Shown here in pieces: positions 18,708 to 29,178 of a stretch of 64,000 nucleotides of DNA; position 1 is the stretch's first letter, and the number at the start of each line of letters is the position of its first letter. This stretch comes from a virus (taxonomy: Duplodnaviria; Caudoviricetes), in the IMG/VR virus record IMGVR_UViG_3300011559_000001, positions 224,001 to 288,000 of that record; one strand, written 5' to 3'. The notes under the pieces are model-generated. The model was given only the letters and a program-made list of their open reading frames with translations, ran no database searches and had not been told where the DNA came from. The position numbers and the translations under genes are program-made.

Positions 18708-21155
18708 ATGTTCAACTACCCCGTAAACGAGCACCGCGCAGAGCTGGCCTCGTCAGGTGGCTGGAACCCCCAGATCCAACACGACTCGTCCGCTCGTGTG
18801 CAGATGATGGGCAGCCACCTCAGCCAGGCCTTGCCGGTCATCGGATGCGAAATCCGCCGTATTCTCACCGGCATGGAGCGCGAGTTCGGTCGCGCTACGT
18901 TCGACATCTCACTTCCCTGCGATGCTGAGATCGTCAAGGTAATCCAGAAGTACCCGCCGACCATCGGCGCAGGTGGCATCAAGAAGAATCCGACGACTGC
19001 GATCGTCTACATGGATGCCAACACCAAGACCTTCGACATCTTGGAGTTCAACAACTACCACTGCATGCATCAGCACTTCGGTTTCAACTACGTGCTGACC
19101 AAGGACATGAAGCGCATCGTTCCGGGCGCTCGCATTCCGGCCGGTACCGTGCTGGGCCGTTCGCCCACGCTGGATGAGCAGGGCAACTATCGCCTGGGTA
19201 CCAACCCGCGCGTGGCCATGATGTCCCTGCCGGGTATCATTGAGGACGGCGTGATTGCATCGCGCAGTTACTGCAAGGCCAACACCACCCACTGCATCGA
19301 AAGTCGTGATCGCAGCTGGGGCAAGAACTGGTTCCCACTGAACCTGTACGGCACCGATGAGATCTACAAGCCGTTCCCGGACATCGGTGACACCATTCGT
19401 GAAGACGGACTGATCTTTGCCTTGCGGCGCGCGCCGCAGGACGATGACATCATTCTGGCGCCGCTGATGATGTCCAAGGCCGCACTGCGCGAAGTGGACT
19501 ACTTCTTCGACCGTTGCGAATACGGCCACCCCGGTGCCACGGTGACCAATATCACCGTCCGCCATGACGATCGACAGACACCGCCCACCCCGCCGGGGAT
19601 GGAGGTGCAGACCATGAAGTACTACCGTGCTGAGTGCCTGTACCATCAGTCGATCCTGGATTGCCACCGGATGCTCTCCGGCCGCCATCGTGAGCACCTG
19701 CAGATCAGTCCGAAGTTCCAGGCCATGCTGCGCGAAGCACGCATGTACCTGCCGTGCCCGATCCGTTCCAAGTCCACCCAGATGTACCAGCTGCAACCGC
19801 TGGACGATTGGCGGGTGGATCTGACCTACGAGTACGAATTCGAACCGACCATCGGCTCCAAGGTCACCGGCCTGCACGGCGACAAGGGCGTGATCTGTCA
19901 GGTCTGGGAAGACGAAGACATGCCGGTGGATGCATGGGGCAACCGTGCGGACATCATCGTGGCTGCACTGTCGACCATGGACCGCATGAACATCGGCCGC
20001 CCGATCGAGCATGAAGTCAACGGCTCGATGGAAATGCTCACCGAGGCGATCCGTGAATCGCTCAACTGGCCGGCCGATCCGTCCAACCCGCAGCGTGAGT
20101 ATGCCACCGCGCAGATCCATGCGAACATGGCCCGGCGCAACTACCCCAAGCCGGCCGCCCAGCGTAAGTACGAGGAAATCGTCGAACGCATTGGCGGTGA
20201 CCCGGACAAGGCCTTTGCCGAACTGCTGAACTTCTACGAGCTGGCATCGCCGAAGATGCGCGCTCTGTTTGACAGTCCGGACTACAAGGGCAATCGCGAC
20301 TACCACCTCCAGCAGGTCCTCAAGGATGGCATCTATCTCTGGGTGCCGCTGGATTCACCCAAGCCGTGGGTGCATGTGGAGTGGGACGAAACCGACTTCA
20401 ACCGCGACGAATACGAAGCGGCCAAGGCGATCTACGAGGCCAAGGGTGATAGCGACCCGGATGCCATGATGCCCACGATGGATACCTACGGCGCCCGCTT
20501 CGTACGTTGGGGCGGTGTGGTGGGTGACCTGACTGAGCATTACCCGGCGCGTCGTGCACCGGTGTGGTTCCGTGGTCGCTCGGGTAACGAGTCGGTGACC
20601 ACCGATCCGATCATGATTGCCCGTACGTACATGGTGTTGCTGGAAAAGACCGGTTCGGATTGGTCTGGTGTGGCCTCGGCCCGCCATCAGCATTACGGTC
20701 TGCCGGCCAAGCTCTCCAAGCAGGACAAGTACTCCTTGCCGGCGCGAGCCAACCCGGTGCGTATCTTCGGTGAGGCCGAAGTGCGACTGACCACCACCGC
20801 CACGCAGGATGACGTGGTGTCTGAAATGATGGAGATGTCCAACAGCCCGGCTGCCCACAAGAACGTGGTGGCCAATATCTTGCGGGCCCTGCGTCCGTCG
20901 GATATTGAAGACGTGCTCGATCGTAATGTGATCGCACACGGCTCCAACCGTGCTCAGATGTTTGTCAATCATGCCCTGCATTGTGCCGGGTTCCAACTCG
21001 TCTACGTCGATCACACCGACGAAGAAGAGATCTACCCTGCAGATCCGATCGGCATTCGTGCTGACTTGGGCTTGCCGGAGATCGAAGACGATGAGGACGA
21101 TGACGGCGAAGAGACCGAGGGCGACGAAGAACCCACCGACGACTCCGACGAATAA
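18708..21155 (+). CDS. Non-virion RNAP beta C-terminal subunit (phiKZ gp71-73-like), uninterrupted
   Basis: SSARVQMMGSHLSQ, IEDG, GSKVTGLHGDKGV, RMNIG, RIFGEAEVR motifs. Confidence 0.92.
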   Translation: MFNYPVNEHRAELASSGGWNPQIQHDSSARVQMMGSHLSQALPVIGCEIRRILTGMEREFGRATFDISLPCDAEIVKVIQKYPPTIGAGGIKKNPTTAIVYMDANTKTFDILEFNNYHCMHQHFGFNYVLTKDMKRIVPGARIPAGTVLGRSPTLDEQGNYRLGTNPRVAMMSLPGIIEDGVIASRSYCKANTTHCIESRDRSWGKNWFPLNLYGTDEIYKPFPDIGDTIREDGLIFALRRAPQDDDIILAPLMMSKAALREVDYFFDRCEYGHPGATVTNITVRHDDRQTPPTPPGMEVQTMKYYRAECLYHQSILDCHRMLSGRHREHLQISPKFQAMLREARMYLPCPIRSKSTQMYQLQPLDDWRVDLTYEYEFEPTIGSKVTGLHGDKGVICQVWEDEDMPVDAWGNRADIIVAALSTMDRMNIGRPIEHEVNGSMEMLTEAIRESLNWPADPSNPQREYATAQIHANMARRNYPKPAAQRKYEEIVERIGGDPDKAFAELLNFYELASPKMRALFDSPDYKGNRDYHLQQVLKDGIYLWVPLDSPKPWVHVEWDETDFNRDEYEAAKAIYEAKGDSDPDAMMPTMDTYGARFVRWGGVVGDLTEHYPARRAPVWFRGRSGNESVTTDPIMIARTYMVLLEKTGSDWSGVASARHQHYGLPAKLSKQDKYSLPARANPVRIFGEAEVRLTTTATQDDVVSEMMEMSNSPAAHKNVVANILRALRPSDIEDVLDRNVIAHGSNRAQMFVNHALHCAGFQLVYVDHTDEEEIYPADPIGIRADLGLPEIEDDEDDDGEETEGDEEPTDDSDE

Positions 21156-21167
21156 CGAGGTCAGATA

Positions 21168-23129
21168 ATGCAATCCATCCATGCGCGCCAGTTGGCAGCA
21201 ATGCCAAAGGACCAACTCTGGGCGCTCCCGGACGAAGATCTGATCATCGTGTTTGACGACGGGGAACTCGTCAGTGATCAGCGCAAGGCCATCTTCTCGG
21301 CGTACATGTGGGGGCTCTACAACGTGCTCCCCAATGCGCCGGCGAAGAAAAGCCATTTCATCGGCGATCAACGGGTGGGTACGGATACCCACCTGAAGAT
21401 GATCAACAAGGTACGTTGGGATGCCCAGGATGCCTACGAGGCAGCCGGCCACCCGCTCAACGGCGAAGAGCTGTCGCGCGAGTGTCTGATCCTGGTCAAC
21501 GACTACTACAACGACATGACCGAACGGCTCGAGCCGGAAGTGACGTCGCTGGGTATGCTCGACATCATCGAGGTGATGGCCCATCCGGAAGTGTTGGACG
21601 TGAACCAGAACGTGTCGAGTGCGGACAAGTCCATTGTCCATGCTCACCGTACGATCGAGCGGGTCCTCAAGGACCCACGTGAGCTGGATACCAACATCCT
21701 GGCTCGTTCGGTTCGCAGTGGTCTGGTCAAGATCGGTCAGGTGTTGCAGTGCGTCGGTCCTCGCGGATCGGTCACCGACATCGACTCCAACATCTTCCCC
21801 TACCCCACCCAGACCGGCTTCGCCGCTGGTCTCTACCGGTTCTACGACAGCTTCATCGAGTCGCGTACGGCGGCCAAGTCGCTGACGTTCACCGAAAAGC
21901 CGCTGCAGGATACCGAGTACTTCAACCGCCGCCTGCAGTTGCTGGCTGCCACGATCTTGGACATCTACGATGGCGACTGCGGTACGCCGGACTACCTGAC
22001 CTGGTATATGGCCGCAGGCGATCTGGCAGCGTTTGCCGGTAAGTACTACCTGTTGCCCGACGGCGACGGGGCACTGGGTGTGATCCAAGACGATGACTGG
22101 TGTCGAAAGAACCTGGTCGGTAAGACGTTGAAGATCCGCTCGGTCCTGCACTGCGATACGCCTGACTCAGGCTTTGTCTGTGCGACCTGTTACGGCGACC
22201 TGCATCGCTCGATCCCCTACGCTACCAACATCGGTCACGTGGCGGCGACTTCGCTGTGTAAGCAGGCCTCCCAGCAGGTGCTGTCGGTCAAGCACTTGGA
22301 TACCTCGGCCAGCTCCTCCGGCCTGCGGTTGTCTGAGTACGAGCAGCGCTTCGTGCGTCTGGGCAATGACCCCAACCTGCTGTTCCTGTCCCAGCGACTG
22401 GAAGGCATGAAGGTCTTCCTGTACGTGCGCAGTGTCGAGGCGGAGCGTCTGTCGGAAGTCAAGGCAGTGGAGAACATCGAGGTTCTGCTGCCCACCCACG
22501 TCAGCTCGCTCACGCAGGTTGGTTTCCGGGTCTACCACAAGGACCGCACCGAGCCGGAGGCAGATCTGGTTCAGGTCTCCAACGGCAGCCGCACCAGCTC
22601 GCTCTCGCGTGAGATGTTGGCCTACCTGCGCCAGCATTCGTGGAACCTGACCAAGGAAGGCGATGTCGAAATCGACCTGACCAACTGGGACGTGGATCAG
22701 CCGCTGTTCTCCACCCCGCGTCGTCAGGAGAACATGCTGGACTACATGGCCACCATTGAGAAGTTCCTCAAGGCGGTCAAGCGTGGTGGACCGGTCAAGT
22801 CCTTGAAGGATTTCGATACGGTCGATGATGCCCTGCGTGGGTTCTTCGAGCTGGTGAGTTCTCGCCTGTTTGTGAACATCGTCCACCAGGAACTGCTGGT
22901 CAAGGCCTGTCAGGTGCGCTCCTCCCGGCACCGTGACTATCGCGTTCCGTTGCGCGGCAACAAGTTGGAGTTCGGCAAGTTCGACTTCAACATCTTCAAC
23001 CGCTCCGACGGCGCTGCGATGGCGTACCAGAACCACAAGCAGCAGTGGAACAACCCGGCGACGTACTTGGTCGACAAGCGCCCGCCGCATCCGCTGGATC
23101 AGATCCTTCTGCCCAGGCCGCGCAAATGA
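21168..23129 (+). CDS. Non-virion RNAP beta' C-terminal subunit (phiKZ gp74-like)
   Basis: TEYFNRRLQL, GDCGT, RSVLHC..VCATCYG, SQQVLSVKH motifs. Confidence 0.9.
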   Translation: MQSIHARQLAAMPKDQLWALPDEDLIIVFDDGELVSDQRKAIFSAYMWGLYNVLPNAPAKKSHFIGDQRVGTDTHLKMINKVRWDAQDAYEAAGHPLNGEELSRECLILVNDYYNDMTERLEPEVTSLGMLDIIEVMAHPEVLDVNQNVSSADKSIVHAHRTIERVLKDPRELDTNILARSVRSGLVKIGQVLQCVGPRGSVTDIDSNIFPYPTQTGFAAGLYRFYDSFIESRTAAKSLTFTEKPLQDTEYFNRRLQLLAATILDIYDGDCGTPDYLTWYMAAGDLAAFAGKYYLLPDGDGALGVIQDDDWCRKNLVGKTLKIRSVLHCDTPDSGFVCATCYGDLHRSIPYATNIGHVAATSLCKQASQQVLSVKHLDTSASSSGLRLSEYEQRFVRLGNDPNLLFLSQRLEGMKVFLYVRSVEAERLSEVKAVENIEVLLPTHVSSLTQVGFRVYHKDRTEPEADLVQVSNGSRTSSLSREMLAYLRQHSWNLTKEGDVEIDLTNWDVDQPLFSTPRRQENMLDYMATIEKFLKAVKRGGPVKSLKDFDTVDDALRGFFELVSSRLFVNIVHQELLVKACQVRSSRHRDYRVPLRGNKLEFGKFDFNIFNRSDGAAMAYQNHKQQWNNPATYLVDKRPPHPLDQILLPRPRK

Positions 23130-23155
23130 GCGGCCTTTATTCCAGGAAGCCGAAC

Positions 23156-23326
23156 ATGCCCGAACTGTACGAAAAGCTCAGTGAACTCAGTGGTATCTCC
23201 GCTGAGCGCTTGCAGGAACTGCGTGAAGGGGAAAACGTCCAGATGACGCTGGATGAAACCCAGTTGCTGGCCAACGCGCTGCTGGCCCTGCCGGATCAGC
23301 AGCTTTACGGGTTGGTTGATCTGTAA
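23156..23326 (+). CDS. Small protein, possible HTH (Cro/XRE-like)
   Basis: AGGA RBS; LSELSGISAERLQEL pattern; alternative start 23126. Confidence 0.5.
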   Translation: MPELYEKLSELSGISAERLQELREGENVQMTLDETQLLANALLALPDQQLYGLVDL

Positions 23327-23412
23327 GGTAGAAAGTGAAATGATGTGACGGTATGGCGGTGGGGTAACTCCCACCGCCCATGCTGAAGGTTATTTTCATT
23401 TGGAGAATAGGA

Positions 23413-25023
23413 ATGTCGGCGATTTCAACGGAGCAAGCTCCACCGTCGAAAGGGTTTACTGCCGACGACATCATCAAGGCTGTGATGGCACCACGGGCCC
23501 GGATCGATGTCTGGAGCCACGGCTGTCGAATCAGTGACTTCGGTGCGGAGATCCGCACCTTGATGATTGAACTCTGCCGCCAAAGCTGGGGCGAGTACGG
23601 CACTGTCAGTGTGGGACGTTTCCGCACTGAGCAGAAAATCAAGCGCGTGTTTGTGGGCACGAACAAAGAACGTTCGCAGTTCCACTTCCACCGCAATCAG
23701 CTGGGCTTTGTCCTGAACCGACTGGGCAAGCTGAACATCCTCGAAGACCGCCTCAATATCGTACGTCATGAGACGTACGAACCGGTCACCGTGGAACACC
23801 CCCTTAACGATGACCGACCGCCGCGCGAAAAGCAGGTACCGATCATCGAATACGTCATAGCGCCGCCAGATGCGCGCTACGCTCCGTCCAAGGTGGTCAC
23901 GCTGCAAACGGGCGGGGGCAAGACGTTCCTCGCTCTGTACGCCCTGCGCAAGCTGAGCAAGCGCACCGCGATCATCCTCAAGGGCATGTACATCGACAAG
24001 TGGATTGGCGACATCGAAGGCGCATACGGCGCTGAGAAAGGTTCGCTGATGGTCATCCGTGGTATCCCGCAATTGCGGGCTGCGTTGGAGATGGCCCGCT
24101 TGGGTAATTTCAAGCCGCGCGTGGTGGTCTTCTCGCAGAAGACCATGCAGATGTATCTGCAGTACTACGAGCAGCACGGGGTGGATGAGTTCATCCCCGT
24201 CGCGCCCATGGATCTATACCAGTACTTGGGCATCGGCGTACGCCTGATCGACGAAGTCCATCAGGAGTTCCACTGCAACTTCCGCCAAGACCTGTACACG
24301 AATATCCCCCTGACCATCTCCCTCTCTGCAACCCTGGAGCCGGATCAGAAGTTCATCGAGGATATGTACCGGATCCTGTGGCCGGTGGGCACCTGGGCTC
24401 CTGAGATGGAGTATGACAAGTTCATTGCCGTCAAGGCTCTGTGGTATCGCATCCGCGAACCGGAGAAGCTGCGCTGGGTGAACTTCATGCGTCAGTACAA
24501 CCATACTGAGCTGGAGAAATCCATCTTCAAGCGCCCGCGTGTGCTTGAGGCCTACACTGACATGATCATTGACATCGTCAACAAGACCTTTATCCAGCGC
24601 ATGGAGAAGGGACAGAAGATGATCATCTACGTGGCCACGGTTCAGTTGGCAACCTTGCTGTCTGATCAATTGGCAGCCATCTACCCGCATCTGCTGGTGA
24701 ATCGTTACGTCTCTGAAGACGAATACGAGGATCTGGTGGCCGCTGACATCTCGGTGACCACCCTGCAATCGGCAGGCACTGGCGTGGACATTCCCAATCT
24801 GCGTATTAACCTTATGACGACCGCTTTGAGCAGCAAGCAGTCCAACATTCAGGTGTTGGGTCGCACGCGTCGCTTGAAGGACTGGCCTGACGTAACTCCC
24901 GAGTTCTACTTCCTCTCGGCGCTGGACATCGACAAGCATGTTCAGTACACCAAGCAGAAGAAGGAAAAGCTTGAGGGTAAGGTTCTTTCGTTCCAGGAAT
25001 TGCGAACGGATTACGTGGTGTAA
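23413..25023 (+). CDS. SF2 (DExH) helicase (phiKZ gp75-like)
   Basis: QTGGGKT, DEVH, SAT, GTGVDIP, QVLGRTR motifs. Confidence 0.9.
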   Translation: MSAISTEQAPPSKGFTADDIIKAVMAPRARIDVWSHGCRISDFGAEIRTLMIELCRQSWGEYGTVSVGRFRTEQKIKRVFVGTNKERSQFHFHRNQLGFVLNRLGKLNILEDRLNIVRHETYEPVTVEHPLNDDRPPREKQVPIIEYVIAPPDARYAPSKVVTLQTGGGKTFLALYALRKLSKRTAIILKGMYIDKWIGDIEGAYGAEKGSLMVIRGIPQLRAALEMARLGNFKPRVVVFSQKTMQMYLQYYEQHGVDEFIPVAPMDLYQYLGIGVRLIDEVHQEFHCNFRQDLYTNIPLTISLSATLEPDQKFIEDMYRILWPVGTWAPEMEYDKFIAVKALWYRIREPEKLRWVNFMRQYNHTELEKSIFKRPRVLEAYTDMIIDIVNKTFIQRMEKGQKMIIYVATVQLATLLSDQLAAIYPHLLVNRYVSEDEYEDLVAADISVTTLQSAGTGVDIPNLRINLMTTALSSKQSNIQVLGRTRRLKDWPDVTPEFYFLSALDIDKHVQYTKQKKEKLEGKVLSFQELRTDYVV

Positions 25024-25033
25024 GGGGTGAGGT

Positions 25034-25669
25034 ATGTCGGACCAAACTGACAACGTTGTGGATGAGGTGGGTACTTTCGTCTATGACAACCCGGAGGCTG
25101 AGTGGGCGGCGGTGTTGGCCGTCGCTCCTGCCATGGATCGCTTGCCGGATATGGTGGCCAACACCTACGAAGGTTACGGACTGCCGCAGGGCTACTCCGT
25201 AGAGGAGCTGAGGAGCCGGGTTCGCGATCGCATTCGCACCGGCTCGATCTTCGTGTTCAAGCTGATTGACAACAACGTCAATCTGCTGTTTGAAAACTTC
25301 TCCGTCCATTTCGGTCAGGGCATCGACCTGCTGATGGACGATCTGGAAGTGGCCATGAGCTCGGACATTGAGGCCGTGGAAAATTACACGGGCGAGGAAG
25401 TCTGTGGCAGGCTGTTTGCCTATATCGCCATGGACATCCACACCCAGAACCGGGATAAAGAAAACCCCAATTTGGACATGGTCGATGAAGAGACCGGCCT
25501 GTACAAGGACATGGACTACACCGCCTGCCGCATGCACTTGGACGATGTCCTCAAGTCGGTACGGATGACCCCTGAGTTTGCTGCTGAGGCCCGCGAGTGG
25601 GGCTTGGCCAGCATTCGAGCACAGATCTTCATGCTGGCCGAACTTCCGGCCGGTGCGCGCTTGCACTAA
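25034..25669 (+). CDS. Hypothetical acidic protein
   Basis: 211-aa ORF, GGGGTGAGG RBS. Confidence 0.65.
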   Translation: MSDQTDNVVDEVGTFVYDNPEAEWAAVLAVAPAMDRLPDMVANTYEGYGLPQGYSVEELRSRVRDRIRTGSIFVFKLIDNNVNLLFENFSVHFGQGIDLLMDDLEVAMSSDIEAVENYTGEEVCGRLFAYIAMDIHTQNRDKENPNLDMVDEETGLYKDMDYTACRMHLDDVLKSVRMTPEFAAEAREWGLASIRAQIFMLAELPAGARLH

Positions 25670-25682
25670 AACGAGAGAGACA

Positions 25683-26222
25683 ATGGAATCCACCGCACTG
25701 GCTTCTCCGGGCGAGGTACTCACCGCCCTGACCCCATCGCGCCTCCACTGGAAACAGCTGGTGTCCCGATTTGGTGAACTGGATCAGCTGGTGCAGGCCA
25801 TTGCCACCACCCCGCTTTTCCAACACTCCTACTTTGCGCTCTACGGTAGGCACGTGGAGGAAATGCTGCAAGACATCCGCTCGGCCACCAGCTTGCTGCT
25901 GTGTAACATGTTCACCCAGGCCGAGTTGGACGCTTTCAAGGAACGCGACGTGCTGCACTACGTCAACCAAGGACTGGCGTTGGCTGTACCCCACCTGCGT
26001 AAGCGGTTGGTCACGGTCGATCAAAGTCGCTGTGTTGAGGTGTGCCGGATGGCATGCTTTGGCTTTATCTTCAAGCAGATTGCGGAGGACCTAGCGGATC
26101 CTCGCCCCTTGCTCACCGAACTGGTGGAGCAGTTGGAGATCGAACCCAGCCAACGGATGTCCCTGATCGCTTCGGTGGTCACGTTGTTCTGCCCGCAGTC
26201 GCGTAGCTTCACCCTACATTAG
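25683..26222 (+). CDS. Hypothetical protein
   Basis: Co-oriented ORF followed by a hairpin. Confidence 0.6.
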   Translation: MESTALASPGEVLTALTPSRLHWKQLVSRFGELDQLVQAIATTPLFQHSYFALYGRHVEEMLQDIRSATSLLLCNMFTQAELDAFKERDVLHYVNQGLALAVPHLRKRLVTVDQSRCVEVCRMACFGFIFKQIAEDLADPRPLLTELVEQLEIEPSQRMSLIASVVTLFCPQSRSFTLH

Positions 26223-26224
26223 TC

Positions 26225-26265
26225 GCCCACCTCGTACCGCTAGTCACGGTGCGGGGTGGGTTTTT
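26225..26265 (+). terminator. Intrinsic terminator
   Basis: CCCACCTCGTACCG..CGGTGCGGGGTGGG followed by TTTTT. Confidence 0.65.
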
Positions 26266-26287
26266 GCTCGCTATACAAGGAGAGAGA

Positions 26288-26830
26288 ATGACCAGCTTCC
26301 ACGATAAGAAACCGTCCCAGAAGATCAAGGACATGATGGCGATGTTACCACCGGTGCCCAATCACTGGCATGGCCGTCCGGTCACCACGCTGTTCCGGGT
26401 TCTGGATAGCAGCGGCGGACGGGTACTGTTCACCCAGTGGGAGGAGGATGACCACAGCGACCGACCCTCGGAAGGTATTGCTGTCTTCCCGCCGGGCTTC
26501 AAGGCGGGTGTGGTTCACTCCGATGGTGAGGTCCGCGGTATCGCCGACATTGGCTGTAGTCGCATGGTCATGATGAGCTACCAGTCCGGCTGGCTCATCA
26601 CCGTGTTGGAGCTGCCCGAGGCTTGGCCGGTCACTATCGATCCCCAGCGCCTTGCCGCACGCATTACCAAGGAATTGACGCCTGAGTCCCTGCAGCAGGA
26701 GATGATCCTGCGGGTCATGGGTGATGTCCCGCGCAGCTATGAGGAATACCTCACCTGCGTCCACGACTACCACCGCCACCTTCAGCGCCAGCATCCGCAT
26801 TACGACGAACCCTCCATCACTTACGCCTGA
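26288..26830 (+). CDS. Hypothetical protein
   Basis: AAGGAG RBS, 180 aa. Confidence 0.65.
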   Translation: MTSFHDKKPSQKIKDMMAMLPPVPNHWHGRPVTTLFRVLDSSGGRVLFTQWEEDDHSDRPSEGIAVFPPGFKAGVVHSDGEVRGIADIGCSRMVMMSYQSGWLITVLELPEAWPVTIDPQRLAARITKELTPESLQQEMILRVMGDVPRSYEEYLTCVHDYHRHLQRQHPHYDEPSITYA

Positions 26831-26858
26831 GTCTAGGCTCGCACGAAAACAAGGCCCG

Positions 26859-27254
26859 ATGAAAAACAACAATACCTTGTCTCGCATTCGGCAGACTTTG
26901 CTGCCGATGGCCTGCAGCCTGATGGAGAAGAGCCCGCATCTCCAGGAGTTGCAAGAGGGAGCCATCTTGCAGTTGAAGGTGGTCAACAACTTCAAGGCGG
27001 TGTTCCAGTGGTTTGGGGAGCACGGTACGGGAGAGGAGCTGTTCATGGCCCTCACTCAGAAAGAGCCGGCGCCCCTGCTCAATGAAGTGTACGTGGTCAC
27101 CAAGGTCCGCAATCCATTCATGCGTTTCTGGCGCAAGCACACCATCGGTGGCAAGTACTACCTGAAGCTGGTGGAGCCGGGGTTCAATGAGAACCTGCGG
27201 ATTTACTTCTCCGACACGCTCAAGTCCTTCAAGTACCGCGAAGTGATGTTCTAA
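26859..27254 (+). CDS. Hypothetical protein
   Basis: 131-aa ORF ending at a terminator. Confidence 0.6.
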   Translation: MKNNNTLSRIRQTLLPMACSLMEKSPHLQELQEGAILQLKVVNNFKAVFQWFGEHGTGEELFMALTQKEPAPLLNEVYVVTKVRNPFMRFWRKHTIGGKYYLKLVEPGFNENLRIYFSDTLKSFKYREVMF

Positions 27255-27255
27255 G

Positions 27256-27306
27256 CGGCATAGCGCCCCAGTACCCTTGACGGGTACTGGGGCGTATGTG
27301 CTGCCT
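27256..27306. terminator. Hairpin between convergent genes, GCATA/TATG flanks
   Basis: CGCCCCAGTACCC-ttgac-GGGTACTGGGGCG. Confidence 0.8.
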
Positions 27307-27313
27307 ATTCTTT

Positions 27314-29092
27314 TTAGGCAGCTTCCAGCATGGGCGCTGGGGTGGGGGACGGGTCAGACGGGTGCTGCTTGTCGAACTCGGCCAACAGATCATTGAAGCT
27401 CGGGGCTGCATAGATTTGCTGACAGATTTCAACGGCGTTAACGAAGCCGCCAGAGAGGTTCACACCGACCGCGCGGCGATAGATCTCATGGACCCCTTGG
27501 ATGTAGCACAGCTCCTGCGCAGTGGTCTGCTTGGAGATGTTCATCAGGATCTCAACGTTGGGATAGGTACCTTCCACGTCAAGGTCGGCCACGTGTGCAC
27601 GCACATAGCTGCGCACGTCCGGCAAGTCCTCAAACAGGCACAAGCCGTTTTCCTCCACCAGATGGGAGGGTAGGGTGACGATCCAGTCGGTGATGTCGAT
27701 CACATGCTGGTCGTTGTCATCCACCATCTTGTTGGAGGTGGAGGCGCACACCAAGTTGTTGTCCAAAGCCAGGAAGTGCAAGTCGTCACAGGTACGACGC
27801 GGCTGGCTGGGGAAACGCTTGTACTCGGAGTGGGCACACATCAGAGAGATCATCGACTGCAAGTCGGTAGTCTTCTCATCGAGCATCTCAACGGAAATAC
27901 AGTCAAACAGGTTGTAGATGCAGTATTCGACCTTGTACTTGGTCTGCATCTCCTTGTGCCAGCTGGGGCCAGAGAGATGATCGCACTGCTTGAACTTCAG
28001 CTTGCGAATACCAAGCACCTTGTTCAAGATCGCATCCAGCGAATACGACGGTTCCTTACCGCCGGCAATACGCAGCTTCAGATAGACGCACATCGCATCC
28101 AGTGCGTACCACTTGGCCGGGGTGATCACTTCGTGCCAGCGCTCAGCCGGCGCCAGAGCCATGGTCTTACCCGAAGCGGTAACCTTCTGGGAGGGACCTT
28201 GCTTGTACTCAAACTGCTTGAACGGTTCGGGGATCTCAGGATCGGAGAACACGTGGGCCAGGTTGTAGCCACGCTTGTCCAAGGCCTGGATCATCTTGTT
28301 CATATCGAAGTCGATGTTCCAAAACGCCATGATGTCAGGTGACCACTCATGGGCTGTTTCAATCACCCGCTTGGCCGCTTGGCCGGCATCGTCGACGAAC
28401 TCGATTTCCAGCTTGATACCACGCTGCTTGACCAGATCCACTTGGATCGTCTGGCCCTTCTTCTTCGGGTCCGGCGCAGTCATGTCGCCCAGGTAGTACT
28501 GGAACTGACGCTGGATCTCAACTTCCGGATCACGGACCCCATTGAGGAACTCACGCACCACGATCAGGCGCGCTTGACCCTTCATGGTGATCGAGGCCAT
28601 GATGATTTCTTCATGCCCGTGGATCATGTCCGTTTCGGTATCGACCACCGCCACCTTGTTGTTGGACACCCGATGGGGCCACTTGGTCAGGTGATGATGC
28701 TTGGCCAATACGCAGGAGTTGACGTCAGTACCGTAGACGTACGGAGACTGTGCCACCTGACGCAGGTCCATCCGTCCGCTGGGGAAGCGGCCCAGCTTGC
28801 GCATGATGTCCGCGCACAGGTCAGACTCGGTGGCCTTGTGCATGACCAGCCGCTCCTGCTTCTCCCACTCCTTCTTGTCCTTGTGGTTCTGGTAGATCTC
28901 TTTGGTGATCCAGTACGGCCGCTTCTGGTTGTAGATCTGACGCAGTCGGCTGTACGGCTCCCGGCCATCCATGGGGTAGACGTTTTCCTTCAACAGCAAC
29001 AGGTCATTGTTACTGCCATCCTGAGCGGTGAAGTACAAGGCGTGCTTGCACTCCAACTCATCAGTCTTGGAAGGCTTTTGTTGCTCACTCAT
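27314..29092 (-). CDS. Family B DNA polymerase N-terminal half: 3'-5' exonuclease plus motif A (phiKZ gp82-like)
   Basis: ExoI VDTETD, ExoII FWNIDFD, SYSLD, ExoIII YNLFD, and DLDVEGTYP (PolB motif A-like). Confidence 0.85.
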   Translation of the reverse strand: MSEQQKPSKTDELECKHALYFTAQDGSNNDLLLLKENVYPMDGREPYSRLRQIYNQKRPYWITKEIYQNHKDKKEWEKQERLVMHKATESDLCADIMRKLGRFPSGRMDLRQVAQSPYVYGTDVNSCVLAKHHHLTKWPHRVSNNKVAVVDTETDMIHGHEEIIMASITMKGQARLIVVREFLNGVRDPEVEIQRQFQYYLGDMTAPDPKKKGQTIQVDLVKQRGIKLEIEFVDDAGQAAKRVIETAHEWSPDIMAFWNIDFDMNKMIQALDKRGYNLAHVFSDPEIPEPFKQFEYKQGPSQKVTASGKTMALAPAERWHEVITPAKWYALDAMCVYLKLRIAGGKEPSYSLDAILNKVLGIRKLKFKQCDHLSGPSWHKEMQTKYKVEYCIYNLFDCISVEMLDEKTTDLQSMISLMCAHSEYKRFPSQPRRTCDDLHFLALDNNLVCASTSNKMVDDNDQHVIDITDWIVTLPSHLVEENGLCLFEDLPDVRSYVRAHVADLDVEGTYPNVEILMNISKQTTAQELCYIQGVHEIYRRAVGVNLSGGFVNAVEICQQIYAAPSFNDLLAEFDKQHPSDPSPTPAPMLEAA

Positions 29093-29178
29093 TCTCGATT
29101 ACCTGCTTTTACCTTGCCCGGTATAGTATTGATATGAAGCATATCTTTTCACTTTCCCTTTAACCTTGAGGCACCCAC

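Noticed and set aside
4718-23129. Bacterial rpoB/rpoC operon, or introns/inteins in the RNAP genes
   Set aside because: Subunits are split and divergent as in phiKZ-like phages; ORFs are continuous with no HNH, LAGLIDADG or intein motifs seen
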